A stretch of DNA of 64,000 nucleotides, taken from positions 1,067,440 through 1,131,439 of the forward strand of contig NW_015174274.1 in the NCBI RefSeq assembly GCF_001447785.1, written 5' to 3'. The translations under genes and the position numbers were made by a program. Below are positions 24,310-36,269 of this stretch, in pieces. Within the stretch, counting starts at the first letter, position 1, and every line of letters begins with the position of its first letter. The stretch comes from Gekko japonicus. Lineage: Eukaryota. Under the pieces are notes generated by a model. The model did not search any database and was not told the DNA's origin. It was given only the letters and a program-made list of their open reading frames with translations.

Positions 24310-24648
24310 ATGGGTTGCCAGATCCTTACCTGGCGCCGGGTGGTGGTGGTGGTGCTGTCCGGGAGTGGGGGGGGGGCGACATCATCATGCAAATTGGGGC
24401 TATTGCATGGCGAGACTCTGGTAATTTGGGCAAAATTCATAGGGTTTTGCCGAAAATACCACAGCGTTGCCATGCAACATCCCTGGCGTGATGACATCAC
24501 TTCTGTGTGATGTCATCATGTTGGGGATGTCCTGCGGGCTCCTGGCTGTTCGGGCAGGGCATCCCCCTGCCGGCCAGCTGGCTGGCGGCAGGCAGGAGCC
24601 AGCAAAATCAGGGGCTTCCCCGCTTCCACCGGGGGGCTGACAACCCTA
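24310..24648. mobile_element. hAT MITE (GGGTTGCCA family)
   Basis: atgggttgccag ... ctgacaacccta; internal gatgacatcacttc motif. Confidence 0.7.
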
Positions 24649-25739
24649 TTGAAAACCACCATGGTGAAAGTAAAATGTGCCCTACCATTAAGAAAAGACA
24701 CAAACAAATCCAAAAGAATGCCAGTGAGGTCAAACAGCAGAGTCAAGAAGACTCTAAAAGATAAGGAGACTTCCATGAAACAAGGAAATCTTGCCTGCAT
24801 AAGCAATAGAAAGGAGGACATCGTTCCAAGCCCCCCCTCCCCAAGAACTGATAATAAAGCAAGATAGAAATGAATTTGAGAAGCAAATTGACTGATTTAC
24901 ACAAACTTGCTTCATTTCCCTTGCCTCCTGTTTAGCTTCACAGATCTTGCTCAGTGGTGGCAGCCAGGAATGACAGCACAGAGTGCGAGATGAACTCAGT
25001 AAACTGGGAGGTTTCTCGATTGGGAGGAACTGAAATGGAATATGAATAGTGCCTCAAGGACTGATAATACCACCATCTAAGTGGGGCATTAGCACATTAA
25101 TTCACTGCTTTATTTGAATGTCATGCAGAGTTTGCCTTGCTGTTAAGCATTGTAGAGCTCCCTATCTATTGCTTTTACACGGCATTTCAGGTCTCAAAAA
25201 ACTAAAAGAACTCGCAGATTTGGTGCCCCAAACATAAGGCAAGATGGAGATCAGGTCATGGATTGCTCTGGTTATTTCTTTTTTTAAAAAAGACATGTAT
25301 TGCAGCAGCAGAAATACAGAAGTGTGTGTGTGGGGGGTGGCTGAAGAAGGGAGGGGGGAAACTAATACGGAACCCAAAGAATTTTGGAAGGGCAAAGGTT
25401 GCGGGAAAGACAGAGAACAGTGTTTCCTGATTGGGGAGGCCTTAGAAACTACTTAGAAGTGCAGAAAAGAAAGATAAGGTAAGACCGCTGAGGGGGATGA
25501 TGTCATCTGTCTGCACACAGAAAAGGCACTTCTTTTTCTTCTTTTGTGTAGCTCTCCGATGACATCACCTCATAGTCTTGAGATCGTAGCCCTGTTGTGT
25601 GGTAACACTTCCCCTGCTGGGCTTCAGCTAAAGAACTCCCTCTCTTCACATAAGTCAGTCTCATTTTCTTTCTCTCTCAGTAATGCTGCTGGGACCCCCA
25701 CTCCCAGCTCCTCTCTGAATTCTAAACTCCTCAAATGTC

Positions 25740-25779
<40 letters not shown>

Positions 25780-27414
25780 CCTTTGGGATATGCCAAATGA
25801 TCGCAGCTTGACTGCCTGTGCGGAGGAATTTTCATTTAAACAATGTGCAGCAAGTGGTTCAACTTAGCAACCAAAGGCAGGGGCCCCAGCGGCAAATCGC
25901 AGCTGCTTTGCTGTGCTGTCAAACGTCAAATAGTGGGAACGGATTAGGCTGATAGGGCAACTGTGGCTCTTTAATATTTCTAGCCATGCACTTGCTGTAA
26001 GATGCAAAATGCCTCAGGTTTCAATTTTGCATGTTTATTTACTTATTTTATATGCAGTCTTTCTCTACAACGGGTACCCAAATCGCCTTACATCATTCTC
26101 CTCACTATTTTATCCTTACAACAACCCTGCGAGGTTGGTTAGGATGAGAGAATGTGACTGGCCCAACGTCACCCAACAAGTTTCCATGGCAGAGTGGGGA
26201 TTCAAACTTGAGTCTCCCTGATCCTAGTCCGATACTCCTAACCACTACACCACACTGGCTCCCAGGCTGTTGTTGAGTATCCCGAGTGGCACAGCCAGAT
26301 AACATTATAAAACCAAAACACAGAATGTACATAACTATTTCCCTAAATCATTAAGCATTTGCTCAATAGAGTATGTGATATCCAATGGCACGCTAGGGAT
26401 GCCAAACTCCAGGTGGGACCTGGAGCTCTCTCAGAATTACAGTTTATCTCCTGACAACAGGGATCAGCTCCCCTGAAGAAAATTACTGCTTTGAAGGGTA
26501 GACTCTAGGACCTTACTGAGGTCTTTCCTCTTCCTAAACCCCACCCTCCCCAGGCTCCACCCCCAAATCTCCAAGAATTTCCCAGCCTCAAGTTGGCAAC
26601 CCTATGACATATAGGTATATGGGCTTTAGGCATACCAACACCCTTGCGATAGTTTGCTATGCCGGGTGAAAAGGGGTTAAAAGGAATGGCATTCCTACTT
26701 ATCTACCTCCATGGGGGGTAGGCAGAGGACAGAATTAGGAANNNNNNNNNNNNNNNNNNNNNNNNNNNNNNNNNNNNNNNNNNNNNNNNNNNNNNNNNNN
26801 NNNNNNNNNNNNNNNNNNNNNNNNNNNNNNNNNNNNNNNNNNNNNNNNNNNNNNNNNNNNNNNNNNNNNNNNNNNNNNNNNNNNNNNNNNNNNNNNNNNN
26901 NNNNNNNNNNNNNNNNNNNNNNNNNNNNNNNNNNNNNNNNNNNNNNNNNNNNNNNNNNNNNNNNNNNNNNNNNNNNNNNNNNNNNNNNNNNNNNNNNNNN
27001 NNNNNNNNNNNNNNNNNNNNNNNNNNNNNNNNNNNNNNNNNNNNNNNNNNNNNNNNNNNNNNNNNNNNNNNNNNNNNNNNNNNNNNNNNNNNNNNNNNNN
27101 NNNNNNNNNNNNNNNNNNNNNNNNNNNNNNNNNNNNNNNNNNNNNNNNNNNNNNNNNNNNNNNNNNNNNNNNNNNNNNNNNNNNNNNNNNNNNNNNNNNN
27201 NNNNNNNNNNNNNNNNNNNNNNNNNNNNNNNNNNNNNNNNNNNNNNNNNNNNNNNNNNNNNNNNNNNNNNNNNNNNNNNNNNNNNNNNNNNNNNNNNNNN
27301 NNNNNNNNNNNNNNNNNNNNNNNNNNNNNNNNNNNNNNNNNNNNNNNNNNNNNNNNNNNNNNNNNNNNNNNNNNNNNNNNNNNNNNNNNNNNNNNNNNNN
27401 NNNNNNNNNNNNNN

Positions 27415-27470
<56 letters not shown>

Positions 27471-28434
27471 CCTTTGGGATATGCCAAATGATCGCAGCTT
27501 GACTGCCTGTGCGGAGGAATTTTCATTTAAACAATGTGCAGCAAGTGGTTCAACTTAGCAACCAAAGGCAGGGGCCCCAGCGGCAAATCGCAGCTGCTTT
27601 GCTGTGCTGTCAAACGTCAAATAGTGGGAACGGATTAGGCTGATAGGGCAACTGTGGCTCTTTAATATTTCTAGCCATGCACTTGCTGAGAGATGCAAAA
27701 TGCCTCAGGTTTCAATTTTACATGTTTATTTACTTATTTTATATATGCAGCCTTTCTCCACAACGGGTACCCAAAGCGCCTTACATCATTCTCCTCACTA
27801 TTTTATCCTTACAACAACCCTGCGAGGTTGGTTAGGATGAGAGAGTGTGACTGGCCCAACGTCACCCAACAAGTTTCCATGGCAGAGTGGGGATTCAAAC
27901 CTGAGTCTCCCTGATCCTAGTCCGATACTCCTAACCACTACACCACACTGGCTCCCAGGCTGTTGTTGAGTATCCCGAGTGGCACAGCCACATAACATTA
28001 TAAAACCAAAACACAGAATGTACATAACTATTTCCCTAAATCATTAAGCATTTGCTCAATAGAGTATGTGATATCCAATGGCACGCTAGGGATGCCAAAC
28101 TCCAGGTGGGACCTGGAGCTCTCTCAGAATTACAGTTTATCTCCTGACAACAGGGATCAGCTCCCCTGAAGAAAATTACTGCTTTGAAGGGTAGACTCTA
28201 GGACCTTACTGAGGTCTTTCCTCTTCCTAAACCCCACCCTCCCCAGGCTCCACCCCCAAATCTCCAAGAATTTCCCAGCCTCAAGTTGGCAACCCTATGA
28301 CATATAGGTATATGGGCTTTAGGCATACCAACACCCTTGCGATAGTTTGCTATGCCGGGTGAAAAGGGGTTAAAAGGAATGGCATTCCTACTTATCTACC
28401 TCCATGGGGGGTAGGCAGAGGACAGAATTAGGAA
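25740..28434. repeat. ~1-kb near-identical duplicate flanking gap 26742-27414 (25740-26741 = 27415-28434); probably a haplotype or assembly overlap
   Basis: About ten differences per kb; both copies begin at a (GA)n microsatellite and abut the gap. Confidence 0.85.
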
Positions 28435-28539
28435 AGAACATGGTGGTGGTGGTGGTGGTGGTGGTAGGGAAGTCATCAGTCTTTTTCATTGCGGCTTTTT
28501 CCTTGCACTGAGGTCATCAAGGTAACTTTTTTTTACCAT

Positions 28540-28715
28540 CAAGCCACAGGTGACTTAATGGTGACCCCTGTGGGGTTTTCAAGGCAAGAGGTGGTTTGCC
28601 ATTGCCTGTGACCCTTGACTTCCTTGGTGTTCTCTCAGCCAAATACTAACCAGGGCAAGCCCTGCTTAGCTTTTGAGATCTGGTGAGATTGGCCTTTCCT
28701 GGGCTATCCAGGTCA
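28540..28715 (-). mobile_element. 5S-derived SINE
   Basis: Same family as 9750-9930. Confidence 0.75.
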
Positions 28716-28808
28716 TGACATTGAGATACTAGGGCAGATTAAAATCGCTAACATTTAAACAAGACCCTGCTGCCATGCCTTTCATAGCAGCTTCGTGTAC
28801 ACACATTA

Positions 28809-29154
28809 AAAAGGTAAAGGTAAAGGTTCCCTTGCTCGAAAGCCAGTCGAATCCGACTCTAGAGTTGCGGTGCTCATCTCCGTTTCAAAGCCAAAGAGCC
28901 AGCGCTGTCCGAAGACATTTCCGTGGTCATGTGGCCGGCATGACTAAACACCGAGGCACACGGAACGCTGTTACCTTCCCACCAAAGTGGTACCTATTTA
29001 TCTACTTGCAATGTCTTGCTTTCAAACTGCTAGGTTGGCAGGAGCTGGAACTAGAGACAGGAGCTCACTCCGTCATGCGGCACCCGGGTCTCGAACTGCT
29101 GAACTACTGACCTTCCACAGCCTGCAGTTCACCGTCTTAACCACCTGAGCCACC
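28809..29154 (-). mobile_element. Sauria SINE, full length
   Basis: (ACCTTT)n tail read as aaaggtaaaggt; characteristic body 'gtggtcatgtggccggcatgact...gttaccttcccacc'; 10-bp TSD ACACACATTA. Confidence 0.9.
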
Positions 29155-30237
29155 ACACACATTAGCAAGTAATAATATTAATCTCCATGCAGTACAACCC
29201 TTAATCTCTTGAGTTTTGGAGAAGAGATTTTCCTGTGACACATTAATTGGTTGGTCTGGTTTATTTTCCCCAAGTCATTTGGCAACCCTACTAGGCATTC
29301 TGCAACACTATAAGGAGCAACAGAGAATATTTACATGTATTTTTTAATTCTTTAATTATTCCTTCATGACTTCTGCTAATGTACCAGTTGAGGTGTTCCC
29401 CCCCCCCCGCTCCATTTGTAACATTGGTGAAAACACCTGTGTACTCCTCTTGGTCCTGATCTGGAAGCTTTAAGTGACTCCCGGGCACGCAGGGGGCCCA
29501 ATCAGACTCCCAATGTGAAACAGCCCAGGACAGCCAGTATTTGTCTTGCTGGGGAAATTTACATGTAGCTCATCAGTACAGGATGATATCCCCAGCAAGG
29601 CAAACAGTGGTTCCCCACGTCATGGAATATGATGCAGAGGAAAGGTTTATGCTTTCTCTCCACACACTCAGCAATCCTGGTCCAAATTAAGTTCCAAACA
29701 CAGAACTCCTGGATCAATATTTGGTCAGCAGGACTGTGTGAACCCATGAGGACTTTGTGATACATAATTAAATAACTCTACTTTACCCTGTGAGGTTAGC
29801 TTGATAGATAGATAGCAATTGTCCAAGGTTCCAGAGCAAATTTTATGGTTTAGCTGGGACTTGAACGGGAATGTCTCCCATGTTCAACCCAAACACTCTA
29901 TCTACTGCACCACAAGGACTATTTCAAGTGTCATTTAATCCTGGCATCCACAGAATTTGATCAGGCCCACTTCCTAATAAACAGATTTAGGATCAAAGCC
30001 TGCTGTGAACATTTACTCCAAGTTAAATCTCACTAACCTCAATGGAGCTTATTCACAAATTAAGTGTAAATAGAACTGTGACCCATAATTTAATTCAGTG
30101 CAAATTACTTCTGAGAAAATGTGTATCAGATTGGGCTATCAGCCTGCTACATGTCCTTTAAATAAATATTTCCAGGATTATGATATTGGTCCACTCAATT
30201 GATTTGTGGAGGGAATGGTATGAAGAAAAAATTATGT

Positions 30238-31376
30238 TGTGACAGACTGCACTTAAGCTAAAGGACTGTGAAGGGTTAATTCTTCACAGAATCTTCACTA
30301 CCCAAAGGAGTCTTGGAGCAACTTACAATCACCTTCCCTTCCTCTCCCCTGTGATGTAGATAGGGCTGAGAGAGTTCTGAGAGAACTGTGACTAACCCAA
30401 GGTCACCCAGTTGGCTTCATGTGGAGGAGTGGGGAATCAAACTCAGTTCTCCAAATTAGAGTCCACCACTCTTAACCACTACACCAAGCTGACTCTCACT
30501 TGAGAGCTGCATGCTGAGGAGAGAGTCAGTCAAATCTCTGCCTTGACTTAGTTCAGTCTTATTTCAGCCCTAGCTGAGACGTGTTGAGTACTGACAGTTT
30601 CAGAATTCAGCCCTGACTGAGAGCAGTTTAACACAGACAGGATAACTGGGGGGGAAGTTGGCAAGGAAGTTTGGAAAGCAGGTGAAGACTCCCATTTGGA
30701 CCAAGGAAAGTGGATAAATCTTCTAGGGAGAGAAGAATTTACCTACCCAGTCAAACAGGAAGTTAATTCTGAAGAGTGTAGAGATCCCTGGTCTGGTGTG
30801 ATCAGGAACTGCCTGTAGAAACCTTAAGGGTGAGTTAAAAACTCAAGACAAGTACTGGTGTTTGAAGAAAAGGGCTGGGTACTGGAAAGAGAGTTTGCTT
30901 GTGGAAAGCAAAGGCATTTGAGAATACTCAAAGAAAGTGTACTGAAGTGTTTGGGGAAAACACTGGAACAAAAGCCTCTCAACATAAAGACTTTAAGCAA
31001 CTGAAAAGAATATCTCATTAGCCTGAAACTAAGAACTAAAGTCTGTGCATGTACTGGTTTTACCTTAGAAATTTCAACCCCTGATTTTACCTGACCTTTC
31101 CCCTATATGTTAAATAAAATATTTTGTTATTTTTGAATTTCAAAATGCCTTGATTGCTATTTAAGTTTTTTAAGTTAAAGTGAGCTCCCGATCCTTTCTT
31201 TAGGTTCCTGGGCTGAGCCAACAGCCAAAAGATCGTACTGTGACAGGCTGGGACAGCCAAAGTTCTTCAGCCCAAAAGAAAACACATTACTAGGGCGGCT
31301 CAGTCAGTAAAGGGAAAGAAAAACAGAGGGAAAATCTTTCCTCTGAGGGAGGGGAGTGGACAGGGCCTTCATCACA
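30238..31376 (+). mobile_element. Probable solo LTR (possibly Gypsy) with a nested SINE
   Basis: TGTGA...TCACA inverted ends, gaagggttaa motif, AATAAA at 31113; no convincing TSD. Confidence 0.45.
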
Positions 31377-31507
31377 AGTCTATTTTGTCCCCAGTGGTGC
31401 ATAACTTCTAACTGCCAGACAATCTTAGGATCTCCTGGCTATACTACACACACTGCCATATGATTATTATTACTACCTGTGTAAGTCAGAAATTTAAGGT
31501 AACTTAC

Positions 31508-31667
31508 CATTCATCTGCCACAGCATCTGGAACCCAGAAGATTCACCAATGCTATCAGAAGAGAATACAACATGTAGACTAGAACTTAGGGTGCCTCCAG
31601 ATGGGAGGTCCATATTGCCACAGAAATTGCCTATCAGGCTGGACTGGGCATTCGGCCCATCATAAAG
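31508..31667 (-). CDS. CUBN: CUBN exon (~28), CUB8 C-half: LYDGPNAQSSLIGNFCGNMDLPSGGTLSSSLHVVFSSDSIGESSGFQMLWQMN
   Basis: gattttag| ... |gtaagt; 160 bp; translated manually (not in ORF track); LYDGP...FCG...GFQM.W motif. Confidence 0.93.
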
Positions 31668-31842
31668 CTAAAATCAATCAAAAGAAAACATAATGGTTAT
31701 TAACTTGATTTATTTATTTAAATTCATTTAAAATATTTACCCATCTTCCCTCTCAGCATTTCAGTACCCAAGGTTGAATTTTTAAAGAAGCTCTATCTTG
31801 GATATAATATCTCTTGGATATTATCCAAATATGTAACACCTA

Positions 31843-32439
31843 GGGGTGCGTTCAGACGGGGCGTTTCAGCCGGCAGAAACTGCACCAGTTCCAACCGGTG
31901 CAGTTTATGCCGGCTGAAACGCGATCACACTTACTTCCGATCTGCGGAGCCCATCGCTGTATGCCCGTTCACACACAGCGGGCATCGGTGGTTTTTTTAA
32001 AACTCAGTTTGCGCATGCGCATAGGCAGCCATCCACAGAATGGTGATCTTCGCGCATGGCCTCCCTGAGGTTCCGGACTCCTCTAACACCTTAAACTAAG
32101 GACCTTTTTCTTTTTTAAAAAAACAAACGCCAGGGCGAAGCTTCGCCCAAGCGCATATCACCAACCTAAAAAAAAATGGTGGGCAAAAATCGGAAGCCTC
32201 GGGCTTCCGAACGGAAGTGGCTCTACAACGGTGGAGAACGATCAGACGGGGGGAAAAGCGATTACAACCGTTGCACTCAGGATACCACCACTTGGGGACC
32301 TAGTGGCAGAATACAATGGCTTAAAGCTCTTTGCAATGGTTAGGGACGGAAGGCAGATGTTCGCCGTGTGAACGCCGGTAAGTACACCGATTCCAACCAG
32401 CACCTATACTGTTGCAAATGCCCCATCTGAACGCACCCC
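31843..32439. mobile_element. Harbinger-like MITE
   Basis: TIR ggggtgcgttcagacggggc/gccccatctgaacgcacccc flanked by TA; CpG-rich. Confidence 0.8.
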
Positions 32440-35225
32440 TAATATGGTTGATTTGAACAAGTCATATAATCAGTATTGTTCTTTGTGCAGCTTGGCTAGT
32501 CCATGGAAGCTTCTTATGCTAGTAGTCATCAAACTGCCAATGGCAAAAAGTCCCCATAGGCTGGGAATGCATTTGGTAAAGAAGTCTTTGTGACCCTCTC
32601 TACTGCTTGGAGAGCATAAGAAACCGCCTGCTGGATCTGATTAAAGGTCCAACAGGGTCAGCATTCTGTTGCCAGCAGTTCACAACATAAACACTTTACT
32701 TGTTCCTAGCAATCTCTCCCACATACCAGAGTGCTGCTATTGTAAATACAGCAGAAAAGAAATGCTTGATTAAGCTTGATTTTAAAAATGGGAAATATTT
32801 TAACATTTTTAAGCTTAAAAAGTTTAACACTTCCATGGTTCATGATGACTTTAACTCTACATGAGAATAACTTAACATTAGCTGTATAAGAATTAATATT
32901 TGTACTTGATATTTGCAAAAACTGTTATTCCCTGTGTTCATTCTGCCCTAGTCTAGCACTCATCTGATTTTCTGACTCATGAAACATGACTTTTGGAGGC
33001 AATCCAGCAAATACTTGGCATACATCTCCATCACTAAGTTACTGGAATGTCATTTTTAGAAGTTTAACAGAGACTTCTTTGGTTTGGGACATATTAGTTA
33101 GAATAGTGGTGGGGTGAGAGTGTGCCTTTCACACACATTTCCACTGTTTTAAGTAATCTCTTTTTCCACCACTTTGCAAAGGCCTTCAAGTGCTCTTAAA
33201 GGAGTAGAGATTGGTGGGAAGGAGGAAAACTTCATTATTGCCAAAGCAATGGGGCCAACACCCTCACCCTGATCTAGTTGTGCATATTTGACTAGTTGTG
33301 GCATTCACACTCGAATGTAAACATTTCTCCTACAACTAACTCCATGTTCCATGCCCTGCTTGCATGAACAGAGTGCACAGTTGCCATAGTCAAAGGGATT
33401 ATTGCTTTCCTGGATGCTTGGTAAAACACAATACTCTTTCAGCACTGCAATACATTTCTTAATTCACCTGGCTTTGTGGTGGTCAAAGCTATGCCAGTTA
33501 GGGTTACATGTAGATTTTGTGCCTTAAACTGATTATAATTAAAAATTTATATATCTCTGTAGTTTAAAAACTATTTTCCCTAGTCCCAAAATCTCAGGAT
33601 GCTAGAAGTTAAATAAAAGTTACATAGATAACATCTCAGCAAACAAAATCTATTTTGCCTGCAATGTATTTATTTGGAGTATTCCCTTGGGAGTGCTATA
33701 TGGTACTCACACAGTACTCCCTTGGGAATATTAATTTGTTTTCTGAAATAACCTTGTGATATATATATTTTGTAGGTACAGTTTCCTTGATACAACTATT
33801 CTCAGCCAGAAAAAAATGTTCTGAAAGGAAAAATAATATCCATTGCTTGAGAATATGGGGTGTATTTTTGCATGAAGGCATCCCATACTTGAGCTGATTG
33901 CATCCTACTGATCTTGTTTGATTCAAGCAGATTGAGAACATAATGCAGCTGAAATACCCATCGATCTCTACAAGTAACAAGTTACAAAACCAACAACAGT
34001 TGGTAGCAGTAATATTCAGCTAATTCTGGAAAGCCAAACAGAACCGCATGATTATTTTCCTAAGCATGATTTCATCAAGCAGGAGTTGTTTATCCTCAGC
34101 AGACAGCAGTAATTTCCCATTTCTACGTAATTCCTATGAAAACAAACACACCGTTTTTCAAATACACAGATAATGGTTGCCCTAGAAACCACTCCACATA
34201 ATACCATTTCCAATTTGGTTTGAGCAGGACATATTCTTCTCAGGAAATCCAAATGGTTAGACAGCTGGAACTGTTTGAGAGGGGAGGCTACAGCTAGAGT
34301 TACAAGCACTGGTAAATGTGCAATACGGAAAAGAACAGCTGAGTGTTTTCATTATGAATTTTGAACATCTCAGGCATTATTCTGCCCTTAAAAATGCAGA
34401 ACCAAGAATCTGCTCAAGTGGATTATGTTCTTCTGGCATGCTAGCAATTTCTCAAGTAATTTTCATATCTTGAATATCTTATACGTAGCACTGGCCTGCC
34501 TTTTATTTATGTATAACACCTCACACCTTTAAGTGGGAAAAATGAAGACCGCTCTCTATTACTGCCTGCCTAGAGAGTAAAGATTACCTTCTAAACTTCC
34601 CCAAATGAATACTACTTCAGATATATGTTGACTACTCACTTGTTTTGTTTGTTCGTTCTTGGAAATCAGTAAAATGGTTGAATATTACACTATATAGCAC
34701 AGTGTTAAAGATAATGATATTTTAAGAAAATTGTCTTTCTGATAAAAATAGGGATTCAGTAATATTGAATACTGTCGTATTTGCCTTTGTTGTCCAAATT
34801 CTTCATTTGTGTTTCGGATATAAAATTAGGGTTGCCAGATCAAGGTTGGGAAATTCCTGGAGATTTGGGAATGGAGCCTGGGGAGGTCAGAGGCCTCAGT
34901 GGGGTACAATGCCACAGACTCCACCCTCCAAACTATCCATTTGATCCAGGGAAATGGGGAAACTGATCTCTGTTGTCTGGAGATGAGCTGTAATTCTGGG
35001 GGATCCCCAGATACTACCTGGAGGATGGCATCCGTATATAAAATCCAGCATGTTATTTCAATATATTTCAGTAAAGCAGTAAATACATGAGACTGAGGGT
35101 TTGTGTATTATTTCTTTTGCAAGGCTCATAATTTTCTCACTGCTAGGATTAAAGTTCCCTGGGAATTTACTGAAACCATAACTGTTAATATCTCATTCAC
35201 CCCAACCTGTTCAAAGACTTCTGGG

Positions 35226-35541
35226 TAGGGTTGCCAAATCTGCAAAACGTACCGGCAGGGGAGCGTCCAGCCGGTCCGGGAGCCTTTTGCGGATGCGCGC
35301 GCGCGCGCCGCCAGAGCATCACCGGAAGTGACGTCATGCGCTGGGCGGGGCCACGCCATTTGAGGGGAAAACTCTTTGTTTTCCCCTCAAATGGCGTGGC
35401 CCCGCCCCCAGCGTGCGACGTCACTTCCGGGTGATGCGCACGCCGGGGCGGAGTTCCCCCCGGGCCCCTATTCCCCGGCGTCGGGTAACGGGCCTCCGGG
35501 GCGGGGGGAATTCCGCCCTACCGGGGGGGTTGACAGCCCTA
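35226..35541. mobile_element. Young CpG-rich hAT MITE related to 21551-21881 (opposite orientation)
   Basis: tagggttgcca/tgacagcccta; TSD CTTCTGGG/CTTCTGAG. Confidence 0.88.
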
Positions 35542-35717
35542 CTTCTGAGGCAGGACTAGACCAAACTGTTTTAGCACCTTAGAGGGAAAATCCAACAGAC
35601 CCCTTTCCTGTGGTAAAAATATATACGTAGCCATCAAGTCAAAGTGCTGCATTTTACCTTTAAAGCCCTTCATGGCCTAGGACCCTCATACCTATTGAAC
35701 CACTTCTCCCACTGTAT

Positions 35718-36269
35718 GGCCCCGTTCAGACTGGCAGTTTGGCCCGGCGGCAGGCAAACGTTTGAGGAGCATTTCAGTAGCAGCTTAAAGGGGCGGGTTC
35801 ACACAGCCACATGTTTCAGACATCCCCCAACCATAGTCAAGCCGTCTTGTGCAACTTCCCACCCGAGTTTAAAAGATACCATGTTAAAGTGGTAGCAAAC
35901 CATGTATACAGCGCATTGATTCCAGTTCCCTGAATGTGAATGCAAGTACTGCTAAGGTGGGAACAACCCGCAGTCATTGATGATAGGCACCAGCTGTGTC
36001 CGTGGGCAGGCAATGATCCTCCCCTATTTGCCGCTGTACCCATGCACCCATGCACATGGGCGCATGCAGCCCAGCGCAGAAACAGCCACTAACAGGCTGC
36101 CAGGGCGGCTCAACAGTGTGAACGCTCCCTTGCGCTTCTTCCATGGTATCCTCCCGATTCATTCACTGCACTGTGAACGGGAATACCGCAAACAAGCCAT
36201 TCCAGGTATGTTCCGGGTTTTCTTTGCCATGACTCTCTAGTGCTTTAAACTGCCAGTCTGAACTCGGCC
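35718..36269. mobile_element. PIF/Harbinger-type MITE inserted in an L2 remnant
   Basis: TIR ggccccgttcagactggcagttt/aaactgccagtctgaactcggcc; 3-bp TSD TAT; left flank encodes FTFKALHGLGPSYL (L2). Confidence 0.85.

Noticed and set aside
24655-24867. Kozak ACCACCATGG followed by a basic ~68-aa ORF
   Set aside because: No recognisable homology; it sits next to a MITE and is expected by chance.
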